Part shown: piece after piece, positions 1 through 11,392 of the stretch
Layout of the letters: each line of letters begins with the position of its first letter
Position numbering within the stretch: the first letter of the stretch is position 1
DNA from: an uncultured Bacilli bacterium
GTDB lineage: Bacteria > Bacillota_I > Bacilli_A > RF39 > UBA660
Direction: 5' to 3'
NCBI GenBank assembly: GCA_947624135.1
Contig: CANQIV010000001.1
Span: 5,331-69,330 of the forward strand
DNA length: 64,000 nt
Notes under the pieces: generated by a model
The model's input: the letters and a program-made list of their open reading frames with translations, nothing else
The model's database searches: none
What the model was told of the DNA's origin: nothing
Translations under genes and position numbers: made by a program

Positions 1-53
1 TTAAGAGAATTTATTGGTGGTAGTTGCTTTAAAAGTTAGAAAGAAGGAATAAA

Positions 54-1061
54 ATGATAAAAGTAGCAATTAATGGATTCGGAAGAATAGGAAGATTAGT
101 ATTTAGAATAATGGAAGAAGATAAAAATTTTGAGGTTGTAGCTATCAATGATTTAACAGATGCAGAACAATTAGCTTATCTTTTAAAATATGATACAAGT
201 CATGGAAATTATAGAGTAAATGATATAAGCTTTGATGGAAATTATTTGATTGTAGGAAATAGAAAAATAAGAGTATTTTCAGAAACTGATCCATCAAAAT
301 TACCTTGGGGTGAATTAAATATAGATGAGGTATTTGAATGTACAGGAAGATTTACAGATAAAGATTCTGCAAGTGCTCATATAACTGCTGGAGCAAAAAA
401 AGTAATAATAAGTGCTCCTGCTAAAGGTGATTTAAAAACTATAGTATATGGTGTAAATGAAAATACATTAGATGGTAGTGAAAAAGTTATAAGTGCAGCA
501 AGTTGCACTACTAATTGTTTAGCGCCCGTACTTAATATAATAGAAAAAAATATAGGAATAACAAAAGGCTTTATGACAACAGTACACGCTTATACAAATG
601 ATCAAGCAACACTTGATATAGCTCATAAAAAAGGAATAAAAGCTAGACGTGGTAGAGCATGTGCAGCAAATATAATACCTGCTTCAACTGGTGCAGCAAG
701 TGCTATAGGATTAGTTATACCATCATTAAAAGGAAAATTAGATGGGGGAGCTTTAAGAGTACCTGTTACAGATGGCTCAATTATAGATTTAACCTTAGAA
801 TTAAATAGAAATGTAACAAAAGAAGAAATAAATAAATTATTTATAGATAATTCAAATAATACTATAGGGTACACATCAGATCCAATAGTATCAAGTGATA
901 TTATTGGTTCATCACTAGGTGCTCTTGTAGATGGTGAACTTACTAATATAGTAGAGGTAGATGGAAAACAATTAGTTAAAATAGTAGCTTGGTATGATAA
1001 TGAGATGAGTTATAGTTATCAAATGGTCAGAACTGCTAAATATTTTGGAGAATTGAACTAG
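54..1061 (+). CDS. gap: glyceraldehyde-3-phosphate dehydrogenase
   Basis: N-terminal NAD-binding motif INGFGRIGR, catalytic region SCTTNCLAP, full-length 335 aa; RBS GAAGGA upstream. Confidence 0.95.
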   Translation: MIKVAINGFGRIGRLVFRIMEEDKNFEVVAINDLTDAEQLAYLLKYDTSHGNYRVNDISFDGNYLIVGNRKIRVFSETDPSKLPWGELNIDEVFECTGRFTDKDSASAHITAGAKKVIISAPAKGDLKTIVYGVNENTLDGSEKVISAASCTTNCLAPVLNIIEKNIGITKGFMTTVHAYTNDQATLDIAHKKGIKARRGRACAANIIPASTGAASAIGLVIPSLKGKLDGGALRVPVTDGSIIDLTLELNRNVTKEEINKLFIDNSNNTIGYTSDPIVSSDIIGSSLGALVDGELTNIVEVDGKQLVKIVAWYDNEMSYSYQMVRTAKYFGELN

Positions 1062-1077
1062 AAATAGTTCTTTTTTT
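1055..1077 (+). terminator. rho-independent terminator after gap
   Basis: GAACTA-GAAA-TAGTTC hairpin followed by T7 run. Confidence 0.6.
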
Positions 1078-1315
1078 AAAAAAATAATAAATATACAGAA
1101 TTTATAAAAAAATTCAAAAAAAAGTATTAAATTTGAATTAAACCTTGCAGAAATTAAATTTTTACTAGATTAAAAATACATAATTTAAAAATCACTATTT
1201 TGACCTTTATTTCATAATGTGTTATAAATATTAAAATTACTTAAATTTTGTTAAATGAAATTTAGTAAAAATGTGTATTTATTATGACAATATATAAATT
1301 AGATAGATAAATATA

Positions 1316-1345
1316 TTGCAAAAAAACATTTGTTTGTGTTACAAT
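1316..1345 (+). promoter_or_regulatory. sigma-A-like promoter upstream of ruvA
   Basis: TTGCAA(-35) 18 bp TGtTACAAT extended -10, about 18 nt before RBS AGGTGA. Confidence 0.4.
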
Positions 1346-1362
1346 GAAATAGGTGATAAAAT

Positions 1363-1914
1363 ATGTATGAATATATAAAAGGTGAAATAACTAAATTAGA
1401 AAGTAATTATATAGTATTAGATAATAATGGAATAGGATATTTAATATATGTACCTAATCCTTATTCGTATGAATTAAATAAAGAATATCAAGTTTATACT
1501 TATCAAAATGTTAGAGAAGATGAAATAACTTTATATGGATTTAAGACATTTGAAGAAAAAGAAATGTTTTTAAAACTTATAAATGTAAAAGGTCTTGGAT
1601 GTAAAATGGCGCTTCCTATGCTTGCTACTGGATCAATAGGAGGAATAATGGATGCAATAGAAAGGGAAAATATATTATATTTAAAGAAATTTCCAAAAAT
1701 AGGAGATAAAGTAGCTAAACAAATAATATTAGATTTAAAAGGTAAATTAAATACAACTATAAATACAAAAAATGAAACTCAAAATGAACTTATAGAGGTA
1801 TTAAAAGGTTTAGGCTATAAACAAGCTGATATAAATAAAGTATTACCTAATATAAAATCAGATTTAGATATAGAAGAACAAATAAAGGAAGCATTAAAAT
1901 TAATGTTAAAATAA
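1363..1914 (+). CDS. ruvA: Holliday junction branch migration complex subunit RuvA
   Basis: 183 aa; OB-fold N-terminus and helix-hairpin-helix region (LINVKGLGCKMA); immediately followed by ruvB. Confidence 0.88.
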   Translation: MYEYIKGEITKLESNYIVLDNNGIGYLIYVPNPYSYELNKEYQVYTYQNVREDEITLYGFKTFEEKEMFLKLINVKGLGCKMALPMLATGSIGGIMDAIERENILYLKKFPKIGDKVAKQIILDLKGKLNTTINTKNETQNELIEVLKGLGYKQADINKVLPNIKSDLDIEEQIKEALKLMLK

Positions 1915-1915
1915 T

Positions 1916-2425
1916 ATGAGAATAGGAATAGATGTAGATGAAACATTAACTGATACTGAAAAATCTTTTAATGATGTTATAAAAAAATATAATATAGATT
2001 TTAAGAAAAAATATAGTGATGAATGGACTAAAGAAGAAAGAGATTACCTTTTAACTGATTATTGTGAAGAAATAATATCGAATGCTAAATTAAAAAAAGG
2101 AGCAAAAGAAGCACTTGACATATTAAAAAGTAAGGGACATGAACTTATAATAATAACAGCTAGGTGCAATAGATATTCTAATTTGATAGAAAAAATTACA
2201 TATGATTTAATAAAAGACAATAATCTAAAAATAGATGAAATTTACTTTGGCGATAGAACAAAATCGGCTTTAGCAAAACGTTTAAAAATAGATTTAATGA
2301 TAGATGATAGTAAAAAAATTATAGAAAATATGAAAAAAGAAAATATAGATTGTATATTATTTGGTGATAAAATAAAAACATGGGAAGAAATTCTTGAATA
2401 CATAGAAAGGAAAAATAATGGATAG
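1916..2425 (+). CDS. HAD-superfamily hydrolase-like protein (possible 5'-nucleotidase)
   Basis: N-terminal DxD motif (IGIDVDETL), 169 aa, sits between ruvA and ruvB; weak RBS. Confidence 0.4.
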   Translation: MRIGIDVDETLTDTEKSFNDVIKKYNIDFKKKYSDEWTKEERDYLLTDYCEEIISNAKLKKGAKEALDILKSKGHELIIITARCNRYSNLIEKITYDLIKDNNLKIDEIYFGDRTKSALAKRLKIDLMIDDSKKIIENMKKENIDCILFGDKIKTWEEILEYIERKNNG

Positions 2426-3422
2426 AATAGTAACAGAAGAAAAGACAATTGAAGATAATTTTGAAAAAAATATAAGACCTAGTAATTTAGAAGAATATGT
2501 AGGACAAACTGAGGTTAAAGAAAATTTAAGTATATTTATTAAAGCAGCAAAATTAAGGGAGGAACCTTTAGATCATGTTTTACTTTATGGCCCACCGGGA
2601 CTTGGTAAAACTACTCTTGCTTTTATAATTGCAAATGAACTTGGAAGCAATATAAAAACTGCTAGTGGACCTTCCATTGAAAAAAGTGGAGATTTAGCAG
2701 CCGTTCTTTCAAATTTAGAGCCAGGAGATGTACTTTTTATAGATGAAATACATAGAATACCTAGATTTGTTGAAGAAATATTATATTCTGCAATGGAGGA
2801 TTTTACACTTGATATAGTAATAGGTTCAGATTCATCAAGTAGAAATATTAAAATAGATTTACCTCCATTTACACTCGTTGGCGCAACCACTAGAGCAGGA
2901 GATTTAACAAGTCCATTAAGAGATAGATTTGGTATAATAAATAAATTAAATTATTATACTGAAGAAGAACTTAAACAAATCGCATTAAGAACAAGTAGAG
3001 TATTAGAATGTCCTATAGATTTAGATGCAGCAAGTGAACTTGCTAGACGTTCAAGAGGAACCCCTCGTATTTGCAATAGACTTTTTAAAAGAGTTCGCGA
3101 TTTCGCACTTGTAATGGGTAATGGTAAAATAGATTTAGAAATAACAAAGGTTGCTCTTGATAAATTAAAAGTAGATAGTTTAGGTTTAGATGAAACAGAT
3201 TATCATTTGCTTAAATCAATAATAGAAAAATTTAATGGTGGACCAGTTGGTATAGAAGCAATAGCGTCCTCAATAGGCGAAGAACAAACTACAATAGAAG
3301 ATGTTTATGAGCCTTATTTACTACAAACAGGATTACTTAAAAGAACTACAAGAGGTAGAATAGTAACAGAAAAAGCATATAAACATTTAGGAATAGCTTA
3401 TAAAGAAAATAATAAAAAATAA
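2418..3422 (+). CDS. ruvB: Holliday junction DNA helicase RuvB
   Basis: Walker [12 protein letters not shown], Walker B FIDEIHR, sensor TTRAG, 334 aa. Confidence 0.95.
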   Translation: MDRIVTEEKTIEDNFEKNIRPSNLEEYVGQTEVKENLSIFIKAAKLREEPLDHVLLYGPPGLGKTTLAFIIANELGSNIKTASGPSIEKSGDLAAVLSNLEPGDVLFIDEIHRIPRFVEEILYSAMEDFTLDIVIGSDSSSRNIKIDLPPFTLVGATTRAGDLTSPLRDRFGIINKLNYYTEEELKQIALRTSRVLECPIDLDAASELARRSRGTPRICNRLFKRVRDFALVMGNGKIDLEITKVALDKLKVDSLGLDETDYHLLKSIIEKFNGGPVGIEAIASSIGEEQTTIEDVYEPYLLQTGLLKRTTRGRIVTEKAYKHLGIAYKENNKK

Positions 3423-3453
3423 AACAAAGTAAATATTAGTAATGGTGATGAAT

Positions 3454-4512
3454 ATGAAAAAAATATTAATTATTTTATTAATTGTTTTAATAACAGGTTG
3501 TGGAAATAAAGAAATAAAAAAAGATGAAAATAATGAAAAAGAAGAAATAAAAGAAGAAAAATCTTTGACAGTAGAAGATTATAAAAATAATAGTGTTAAT
3601 GAACTTGGTGAAGTACCAATTATGATGTATCATGGTATCCATAATAAAAAAAATAGTGACACAGAATATACTGGTGGAAATGTAGATAAAGATGGTTATC
3701 AAAGAACTACTGAAAGTTTCGTAAAAGATTTAGAATTTTATTATGAAAAAGGGTATAGAATGATTAGATTAAACGATTATGTAGATGGAAATATCGATGT
3801 AGAACTAGGTAAAAGCCCAATTATACTCACATTCGATGATGGACTTGAAAATAGTATAAAAGTAACTGGATTAGATGATAAAGGTGAGATAATAATAGAC
3901 CCAAATAGTGCGGTAGGAATATTAGAGCAATTTAAGAAAAAATATCCTGATTATAATGTAACAGCTACTTTCTTTATTAATGGTGGAATATTTCAACAAG
4001 AAAAATACAATGAAAAAATATTAAATTGGTTAGTTGATCATGGATATGATGTTGGAAATCATACAAATTCACATGTAAATTTTTCAAATGTAGATTCAAC
4101 TAAATCACAAGAAGAGGTAGGTAAAATATATAAATTACTAGATAAAATTATTCCTGGTAAATATGTAAATATAATAGCTTTACCATTTGGTTCACCATAT
4201 AATTTTGAACACGCTAATATGCCTTATATTTTAAAGGCTACATATGAAGGTAAAACTTATGAAACAAAATCAGCCCTTCGAGTAGGTTGGAAATCAGAAA
4301 GTTCTCCATTTGATAAAAGTTTTAATCCAAAATTTTTAAAAAGAATTAGAGCATACGATAACAACGGACAAGATTTTGATATTGAAATGAATTTTAAATT
4401 ATTGGATAATACTAGATATATATCAGATGGTGATAAAAATACAATCGTATTTCAAACTAGTATGAAAGAAAAGTTAGGAAATACATATAATAAAAAGATA
4501 ATTGAGTATTAG
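3454..4512 (+). CDS. polysaccharide deacetylase (NodB-type) lipoprotein
   Basis: Lipobox LITGC after signal peptide; NodB motifs TFDDG and HTNSHVN; start re-picked at ATG 3454 after GGTGA RBS. Confidence 0.75.
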   Translation: MKKILIILLIVLITGCGNKEIKKDENNEKEEIKEEKSLTVEDYKNNSVNELGEVPIMMYHGIHNKKNSDTEYTGGNVDKDGYQRTTESFVKDLEFYYEKGYRMIRLNDYVDGNIDVELGKSPIILTFDDGLENSIKVTGLDDKGEIIIDPNSAVGILEQFKKKYPDYNVTATFFINGGIFQQEKYNEKILNWLVDHGYDVGNHTNSHVNFSNVDSTKSQEEVGKIYKLLDKIIPGKYVNIIALPFGSPYNFEHANMPYILKATYEGKTYETKSALRVGWKSESSPFDKSFNPKFLKRIRAYDNNGQDFDIEMNFKLLDNTRYISDGDKNTIVFQTSMKEKLGNTYNKKIIEY

Positions 4513-4557
4513 TTATCCTTTTATAAAAAAAATGATATAATTAATATAGGTGATAGG

Positions 4558-5256
4558 ATGAAACAAAGATTATATAAAACAATTATATTTATTTTATACC
4601 TATTATCATTTTTTATTTTATGCTTTTGTATAAAGGTTAGATTAACCCCTAAAATTTATATAAAAACTGATATTAGAATAATACTACTATTTATATTGTG
4701 TTTATTAATATATATAAATGGATATATTCTTGTAAAAAAAATGAATTATGATAAAAAAATACTTAAAATAAATTTGATAATATACTTTTTAATATATAGC
4801 GTAACTATTTGTACGTTAACACTATTTGACGAAGTATTTGGTAGACAAGGAATAGTAATAATTAAGTGGAATAAAGAATTACTTAATTTGTATACAAAAT
4901 ATTCATTTAATATGATTCTATTTAAAACAATTAACTTATTTTTATCTGGTTATTTAAAAGGTATAGTTAATTTTAAAACATTCAGTATGAATATATTTGG
5001 AAATTTATTTATCTTCATGCCATATGGTATATTTTTACCACTTATATTCAAAAAACAAGAAAAATTTAAAAATTTTTTCTTATCTATAACACTCATAGTA
5101 ATATTAATAGAAATTTTACAATTCTTAACTATGTCAGGTTCATGTGATATAGATGATTTAATATTAAATGTAACAGGAGCTGTTATAGCATTCTTAATAT
5201 TTAAAATAAAATTTTTAAGAAAAATAGTTCATAAAATATTTTTATTTGATAGGTGA
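4558..5256 (+). CDS. VanZ-like family membrane protein
   Basis: Multi-TM protein with FMPYG... and C-terminal DIDDLILNVTGA motif typical of VanZ family. Confidence 0.55.
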   Translation: MKQRLYKTIIFILYLLSFFILCFCIKVRLTPKIYIKTDIRIILLFILCLLIYINGYILVKKMNYDKKILKINLIIYFLIYSVTICTLTLFDEVFGRQGIVIIKWNKELLNLYTKYSFNMILFKTINLFLSGYLKGIVNFKTFSMNIFGNLFIFMPYGIFLPLIFKKQEKFKNFFLSITLIVILIEILQFLTMSGSCDIDDLILNVTGAVIAFLIFKIKFLRKIVHKIFLFDR

Positions 5257-5259
5257 TTT

Positions 5260-5859
5260 ATGAAAAAGCATTTGAAATGGATAATATGTATATTATCTCT
5301 TATATTATTTATAATTTTATCAGTATTAGTATTAACAAAAAATGATATTTATTTAGATAGTATTATTTATGATTTTATATCTAAATACATTAAAAACGAC
5401 TTAACTACTATCATGAAATATTTAACATACATTGGGAGCGCAGTTGTTGTAATCTCGATAACACTCTTCACTTTTCTATTTTTTAAAAATAAAAAATATT
5501 CCCTTTATATGGCCCTAAATTTAATATTAATAACGATATTACAATTAATATTAAAAAATATTTTTTCTAGAAATAGACCACTTGATATAAATTTAATATC
5601 AGAAACTGGTTATAGTTTCCCATCTGGACATTCACTTACTGCTTTTGCTTTTTATGGATTTATAATATATTTAATATATACATCTAAAATAAAAAATAAA
5701 ACAATATATATAATACTTTTTTCCATATTAATATTTATTACAGGATTAAGTAGAATATATTTGGGAGTACACTACTTTACTGATGTGATTGGTAGTTTCT
5801 CATTTTCGTTATTTTATTTAATAATATATATAAATATAGTAAAAAAGAGGTTAGCTTAA
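5260..5859 (+). CDS. PAP2-family phosphatase (phosphatidic acid / undecaprenyl-PP phosphatase-like)
   Basis: PAP2 signature: KxxxxxxRP (SRNRP), PSGH (SFPSGHS), SRxxxxxHxxxD (SRIYLGVHYFTD). Confidence 0.8.
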   Translation: MKKHLKWIICILSLILFIILSVLVLTKNDIYLDSIIYDFISKYIKNDLTTIMKYLTYIGSAVVVISITLFTFLFFKNKKYSLYMALNLILITILQLILKNIFSRNRPLDINLISETGYSFPSGHSLTAFAFYGFIIYLIYTSKIKNKTIYIILFSILIFITGLSRIYLGVHYFTDVIGSFSFSLFYLIIYINIVKKRLA

Positions 5860-6401
5860 TGTATTGTGAAAAATGTAAAGGTAAAGTAGTAGATGGGGTT
5901 TGTATAAAATGTGGAAAAATTAAAGATGGAGATAAAATAGAAGAAAAAAATATAGATAAATTTGAAGATTTAAAATTATTTAATAAAGATTTTGATTCTA
6001 TAAATAGGAATAAAAAACAATATTTACCATTTATATTTGGTCCTATTTATATTTCATATAGAGGTCATTTTTTTACAGGTACAATTCTTGTATTAGTAGA
6101 TTATTTATTATTTTATTTTATTGTTTTAAATAATATATTAAACATCTTTAGCAGTGTTATAATGATATATTTATATATTTTTATAGATAGATTACTTTGG
6201 GCTACATTTTCAAACCCAATATGTATATTATTAGATAAAATAAAAATAAAACAAATAAAAAATAAATATAAAGAAAATTATAAATATGAATTAAAAGTAT
6301 ATAAACATCGTAAAATTTATTCAGTTTTAACAGTACTTATATACATAATATTAATTTTAATATTTATAAAAATTAAAAGAATACAAAATGGAGTTATTTG
6401 A
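5859..6401 (+). CDS. zinc-ribbon membrane protein, hypothetical
   Basis: N-terminal CxxC-x9-CxxC followed by TM helices; start overlaps PAP2 stop. Confidence 0.45.
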   Translation: MYCEKCKGKVVDGVCIKCGKIKDGDKIEEKNIDKFEDLKLFNKDFDSINRNKKQYLPFIFGPIYISYRGHFFTGTILVLVDYLLFYFIVLNNILNIFSSVIMIYLYIFIDRLLWATFSNPICILLDKIKIKQIKNKYKENYKYELKVYKHRKIYSVLTVLIYIILILIFIKIKRIQNGVI

Positions 6402-6466
6402 CTCTTTTTTGTTTGTATATAATTTTCAAAATATATTTTAGTTAATAAAATATAGTGGTGATAGTT

Positions 6467-6709
6467 ATGAAAAAGAAATTGACATCAAGAAAATTTTGGA
6501 TTGCTATAATTACTAATATAGTTTCACTTTCAGTTATATTTAGTAAACTTGGTGGAACTATTGGAATAATAGCAGGTATAATAGGAGTTGTTGGATTATC
6601 TGCAATATATCTAATTACTGAATCTAAAATAGATGTAGCAAGCGTAAGTACAAATTATGAAGAATTATTAAAATTAATAGAAACTATAAAAAAGAAAGAA
6701 GGTGAGTAG
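6467..6709 (+). CDS. small membrane protein, hypothetical
   Basis: two predicted TM helices; start re-picked at ATG after GGTGA; stop abuts ATG of next gene. Confidence 0.35.
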   Translation: MKKKLTSRKFWIAIITNIVSLSVIFSKLGGTIGIIAGIIGVVGLSAIYLITESKIDVASVSTNYEELLKLIETIKKKEGE

Positions 6710-7582
6710 ATGGAAAAAGCAATACTCATGATGGACTATTTAAATGTAACACAAAAAGGAGATGGTAATTTTTCACATAAAGGAGATTTAGCTATAGATA
6801 TAGCAGGAAAAGATTCTAATAAAGATTATTTGAAAGCTCCTTTTACAGGAATTATTAAAAGAATATATAATAATGTTAATGCAGTATGGTTAGAAAGTAT
6901 CGATAAAGTAATATATGCAGATGGAACTATAGATTACATGACAGTTATGACCTTGCACGATGATGATGTATCAAATTTAAAAGTAGGAGATATAATTAAA
7001 CAAGGAGAAATTTATTATAATGAAGGTAGAAAAGGATATACGACAGGAAATCATATACATCTTGCTGTAGGTAGAGGTAAATTTACAGGAAATGGTTGGT
7101 ATCAAAATAATTATGGTAACTGGTGTATAAATAATCAAATCGAAGTAGCTCAAGCACTTTTTATACCTAATAATACTAAAATAATAAATAGTGGAGGATA
7201 TAATTGGATTAAAGAAAATATGTATGTAGAAGATAATAAATATATAAAATATAAAGTAGTAAAGGGAGATACATTAACAAGTATATCAAAAAAATATAAT
7301 ACAACAGTAGATTTATTAGCTAGTCTTAACAATATTAAAAATAAAAATTTGATAAGAATAGGAGATACATTAATTATACCAAACAACATAAAATATTTTA
7401 AAAAATATACTGGTAAAAGTGTATCAATAGTAGATATTTTAAAATCATTAAATGAAAATTCTTCTTATTCATATAGAATGAAAATAGCAAACCTCAATGG
7501 TATAAGTAACTACACTGGTACATCTACACAAAATAATACTTTAGTAAAATTAATAAAACAAGGAAAACTTATTAAGCCTTAA
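6710..7582 (+). CDS. M23-family peptidase with C-terminal LysM domain
   Basis: HxxxD (HKGDLAID) and HxH (GNHIHLA) zinc-ligand motifs; LysM-like YKVVKGDTLTSISKKYNTTVDLLASLN. Confidence 0.7.
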   Translation: MEKAILMMDYLNVTQKGDGNFSHKGDLAIDIAGKDSNKDYLKAPFTGIIKRIYNNVNAVWLESIDKVIYADGTIDYMTVMTLHDDDVSNLKVGDIIKQGEIYYNEGRKGYTTGNHIHLAVGRGKFTGNGWYQNNYGNWCINNQIEVAQALFIPNNTKIINSGGYNWIKENMYVEDNKYIKYKVVKGDTLTSISKKYNTTVDLLASLNNIKNKNLIRIGDTLIIPNNIKYFKKYTGKSVSIVDILKSLNENSSYSYRMKIANLNGISNYTGTSTQNNTLVKLIKQGKLIKP

Positions 7583-7712
7583 CTATCTAAAAGTAATTGA
7601 TTTAGCTCAATTACTTTTTTAATATTTTCATTAACAAATAAAAAAATTAAAAATATTGTAAAAATAATCCTAATTTTTTTTAATTAACATATTATTAACT
7701 GAGGGGAGATAT

Positions 7713-8789
7713 ATGAAGAAAAAATTTTTATTATTTTTAATAATGCTTTTTACATGTTTATTTTCTGTAAAAGCAGCAAGTGTGCAATATTTTAATGTAA
7801 CAGATGAAAAAGGGTTAGATGATTGTCTTAATAAAGACGACATGTGCCAACTTACAAGTGATATAAAAATTACATCAGTTAAAACTATTGAAAATAGAAC
7901 AGTTTTAGATTTAAATGGACATATAATACAACCATCTTCAGATTTAGAACTTGATTCAGGATTACTATTAGTTGGTAGAGGTGGTAAACTTACTATAGAA
8001 GATTCATCTGGTACTGGTAAAATAACATCAGGTAATAATATTATGTCAGCAATTCAAATGATAGATCCAGGTGATACTGGAGAAGAAACAGCAGAATTAG
8101 TATTAAATAGTGGAACATTAGAAGGTTATAATTATGGAATATCTGGTAATGGAAAAAGAGATAATACATCTATTATAGTAAATGGCGGTAATATAAAAAC
8201 TATAGATGAAGATAGTGTAGGTATTTATCAACCACAAATGGGAAAAATAGTAATCAATGGTGGTATAATAGAAGGTGGAACAGGAATAGAAGTAAGATCT
8301 GGAGATTTAACAGTAAATAATGGTAACATAAAAGGTACATCTTCATTTTTAGCAAAAGCAAATGCAAGTGGTACAACTACAGTAGGTACTGGTATAACAG
8401 TCGCACAACACACTACTAAAAATCCAATAAACGTACAAATAAATGGTGGAAACATAAGTGGTCAAAACGCATTTTATGAATGGAATCCACAAAAAAATGA
8501 TAAAGATTCAATTAATAAAGTAAACATTTCTATAAATGGTGGAAACTTTAAAACGACATTATCAGGAGGAGCTGCTGTATATAGTGAAGATTTAACTGGA
8601 TTTATTCATGGTGGAACATTTAATACTGATGTATCAAAATATAAAGCTGCTGATGCTAAAAGCGTAGCTAAAGTTTTAGATAGTACTAAAAGTTCAAATA
8701 GTGGAATAGGTGTATTTTATGTTATTTTAGGTTTAGCCGCACTTTTTGTAGCTTACTATTTATATAAACAATATAAAAGAGTAAATTAA
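7713..8789 (+). CDS. secreted, C-terminally membrane-anchored surface protein with parallel beta-helix-like NGGNI repeats
   Basis: Signal peptide; six or more repeats of (I/V)NGG(N/I)I; C-terminal hydrophobic helix plus KQYKRVN tail; no LPXTG. Confidence 0.55.
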   Translation: MKKKFLLFLIMLFTCLFSVKAASVQYFNVTDEKGLDDCLNKDDMCQLTSDIKITSVKTIENRTVLDLNGHIIQPSSDLELDSGLLLVGRGGKLTIEDSSGTGKITSGNNIMSAIQMIDPGDTGEETAELVLNSGTLEGYNYGISGNGKRDNTSIIVNGGNIKTIDEDSVGIYQPQMGKIVINGGIIEGGTGIEVRSGDLTVNNGNIKGTSSFLAKANASGTTTVGTGITVAQHTTKNPINVQINGGNISGQNAFYEWNPQKNDKDSINKVNISINGGNFKTTLSGGAAVYSEDLTGFIHGGTFNTDVSKYKAADAKSVAKVLDSTKSSNSGIGVFYVILGLAALFVAYYLYKQYKRVN

Positions 8790-8819
8790 TTATTATATGT
8801 TAATATATTATTTAGATTG

Positions 8820-8848
8820 TTGACAAGTTCAATAATCTTTTTATATAT
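8820..8848 (+). promoter_or_regulatory. sigma-A-like promoter upstream of ABC transporter gene
   Basis: TTGACA, 17 bp spacer, TATATA. Confidence 0.35.
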
Positions 8849-8913
8849 TTGAATATAAAATTATTTTAATTTTTAATTTAAAGTAGTATAATTATATAGT
8901 TAAGGAGGAAACT

Positions 8914-11331
8914 ATGTTAGAAATTAAAAATATAACTAAAATTTATAAAACAGATAATTTTACACAAAAAGCTCTTAATAACATAAATATAAATTTTAGA
9001 GAAAACGAATTTGTATCTATATTAGGTCCAAGTGGTAGTGGAAAGACAACTTTACTTAATATAATAGGTGGACTTGATAAATATACAAGTGGCGATTTAG
9101 TAATAAATGAAATAAGTACCAAAAAATATAAAGATAAAGATTGGGATTCATATAGAAATCATAGAATTGGCTTTGTATTTCAAAGTTATAATTTAATTCC
9201 ACATCAAACAGTATTATCAAATGTAGAGTTAGCGCTTACCCTATCTGGAATAGGTAAAAAAGAAAGAAGACAAAGAGCAATAAAAGTATTAAAAGAGGTA
9301 GGATTAGAAAAACATATATATAAAAAGCCAAATCAAATGAGTGGTGGACAGATGCAAAGAGTAGCAATCGCTAGAGCTTTAATAAATAATCCAGACATAT
9401 TACTTGCTGATGAACCAACGGGCGCACTCGATTCTGAAACAAGCATTCAAATTATGAATTTACTAAAAAAAATAAGTAAAGATAAATTAGTCATAATGGT
9501 AACACACAATTCTGAACTTGCTAATGAATATTCAAATAGAATAATAAGTTTAAAAGATGGCGTAGTAACTGGAGATACTAATCCATACGATGGTAAAGAG
9601 GTTATAGAACTTAAAAAGAAAAATACTAAAAAAACAAATATGAGTTTTTTAACAGCTTTATCACTTAGTTTAAATAATTTAATGACTAAAAAAGGTAGAA
9701 CAATTTTAACAGCTTTTGCAGGTTCTATTGGTATAATTGGAATTGCTTTAATACTTTCAATTTCAAATGGGGTTAATAATTACATAGAAAAAGTACAAGA
9801 AGATACTTTAACTAGTTATCCATTATCAATAGAAAAAAACAGTATGGATACAAATACAATTATGTCTTCACTTGCTAAAAATAATTCAACTAAAAATCAT
9901 GATAATGATGCTATATATACAAAAGACATAATGACAGACATGATTACTACTATGTATGGTGGAATAAAAACAAATAATTTAAAAAACTTTAAAAAATATA
10001 TAGAAGAAACATCAAATTTTAAAGAATATGCAAACGATATAAAATATTCATATAACTTAAATTTACAAATATATAATGAAGATTTATTAAAAGTAAATCC
10101 AAGTAATATGATGAAAATATTTGGATTTAATAATGATAACTTTTCAAGTTCTATGGAAATATTTAGAGAATTAACTACTAATAAAGATTTATTAGATAGT
10201 CAATATGAAATTGTAAGTGGTAGAATGCCAAGTTCATACGATGAATTAGTATTAATTGTAGATGAAAATAATGAAATAATAGATTATGTATTATATTCTC
10301 TTGGAATTAAAGATCAAAAAGAAATAGAACAAACAATGATAAATATGATAAGTGGAAAAGAAATACAAAAATTTGAATCTACAAAATACACTTACGATGA
10401 AATATTAAACACTAAATTTAAATTAGTATTAAATTCAGATTATTTTGTAAAAGAAAATGATATATGGGTAGATAAAAGTTCAGATATTAATCATTTAAAA
10501 CAAATAGTAGAAAATGGTTTAGATATAAAAATAGTTGGTATAATAAAACCAAAAGAAGATAGTAAAATTTCTATAACAAACGGAGTAGGATATACAAAAC
10601 AATTAACTGAATATTTGATAAATAGTATTAGAGATAGTGAAATTTCAAAAGAACAAACTAGTAATCCTAATATAAATGTATTTACTAATAAAGAGTTTGA
10701 AGCACTCGATACTTATGAAAATAATTTAATGAAAATAGGAATAGTTGATTTAGACGATCCATATTCTATAAATATATATCCTAAAAACTTTGAATCAAAA
10801 GATAAAATAGAAGAAATAATTAAAGAATATAATGATTCTAAAGAATCTCAAGGACTTGAAGATGACAAAATAGAATATACTGATTATGTTGGCCTTCTTA
10901 TGAGTAGTGTAACTACTATAGTAAATGTTATAGGTTATGTACTTATCGCATTTGTATCAATTTCACTTATAGTATCAAGTATAATGATAGGAATAATTAC
11001 ATATATTTCAGTTCTTGAAAGAACAAAAGAAATAGGAATACTTAGAGCAATAGGTGCAAGTAAAAAAGATATATCAAGAGTATTTAATGCTGAAACATTT
11101 ATAGTTGGTCTTATATCAGGAATAATAGGTATTGTTATAACTATAATATTAAATGTATTTATTAATATAATAATAAAAAATTTAAGTGGTGTAGTAGTAA
11201 ATGCTAGTCTTCCTTTAGTGGCTGCTATAGTATTAATAACTATCAGTGTATTACTTACAGTAATAGCTGGATTAATACCTTCTAAATTAGCAAGCAAAAA
11301 GGATCCAGTAATCGCACTTAGAACAGAATAA
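8914..11331 (+). CDS. fused ABC transporter ATP-binding/permease protein (MacB/FtsX-like)
   Basis: Walker A GPSGSGKTT, signature MSGGQMQRVAIARAL, Walker B LLADEPT; long extracytoplasmic region then C-terminal FtsX-like TM bundle. Confidence 0.85.
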   Translation: MLEIKNITKIYKTDNFTQKALNNININFRENEFVSILGPSGSGKTTLLNIIGGLDKYTSGDLVINEISTKKYKDKDWDSYRNHRIGFVFQSYNLIPHQTVLSNVELALTLSGIGKKERRQRAIKVLKEVGLEKHIYKKPNQMSGGQMQRVAIARALINNPDILLADEPTGALDSETSIQIMNLLKKISKDKLVIMVTHNSELANEYSNRIISLKDGVVTGDTNPYDGKEVIELKKKNTKKTNMSFLTALSLSLNNLMTKKGRTILTAFAGSIGIIGIALILSISNGVNNYIEKVQEDTLTSYPLSIEKNSMDTNTIMSSLAKNNSTKNHDNDAIYTKDIMTDMITTMYGGIKTNNLKNFKKYIEETSNFKEYANDIKYSYNLNLQIYNEDLLKVNPSNMMKIFGFNNDNFSSSMEIFRELTTNKDLLDSQYEIVSGRMPSSYDELVLIVDENNEIIDYVLYSLGIKDQKEIEQTMINMISGKEIQKFESTKYTYDEILNTKFKLVLNSDYFVKENDIWVDKSSDINHLKQIVENGLDIKIVGIIKPKEDSKISITNGVGYTKQLTEYLINSIRDSEISKEQTSNPNINVFTNKEFEALDTYENNLMKIGIVDLDDPYSINIYPKNFESKDKIEEIIKEYNDSKESQGLEDDKIEYTDYVGLLMSSVTTIVNVIGYVLIAFVSISLIVSSIMIGIITYISVLERTKEIGILRAIGASKKDISRVFNAETFIVGLISGIIGIVITIILNVFINIIIKNLSGVVVNASLPLVAAIVLITISVLLTVIAGLIPSKLASKKDPVIALRTE

Positions 11332-11356
11332 AGTACTTGTAATAGTACTTTTTTTA
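11331..11356 (+). terminator. rho-independent terminator after ABC transporter gene
   Basis: AAGTACT-TGTAAT-AGTACTT hairpin followed by T run. Confidence 0.6.
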
Positions 11357-11392
11357 ATATATAATTATTATAGAAACGAAAGTAGGAATAAC

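Noticed and set aside
623-874. Antisense ORFs listed in the track (e.g. 623-874, 2585-2890, 10935-11435, 13342-13791, 20820-21266, 47154-47587, 52625-53068, 53733-54149, 55389-55697)
   Set aside because: All lie opposite well-supported genes, lack RBS, and have biased hydrophobic/low-complexity composition typical of AT-rich antisense frames.
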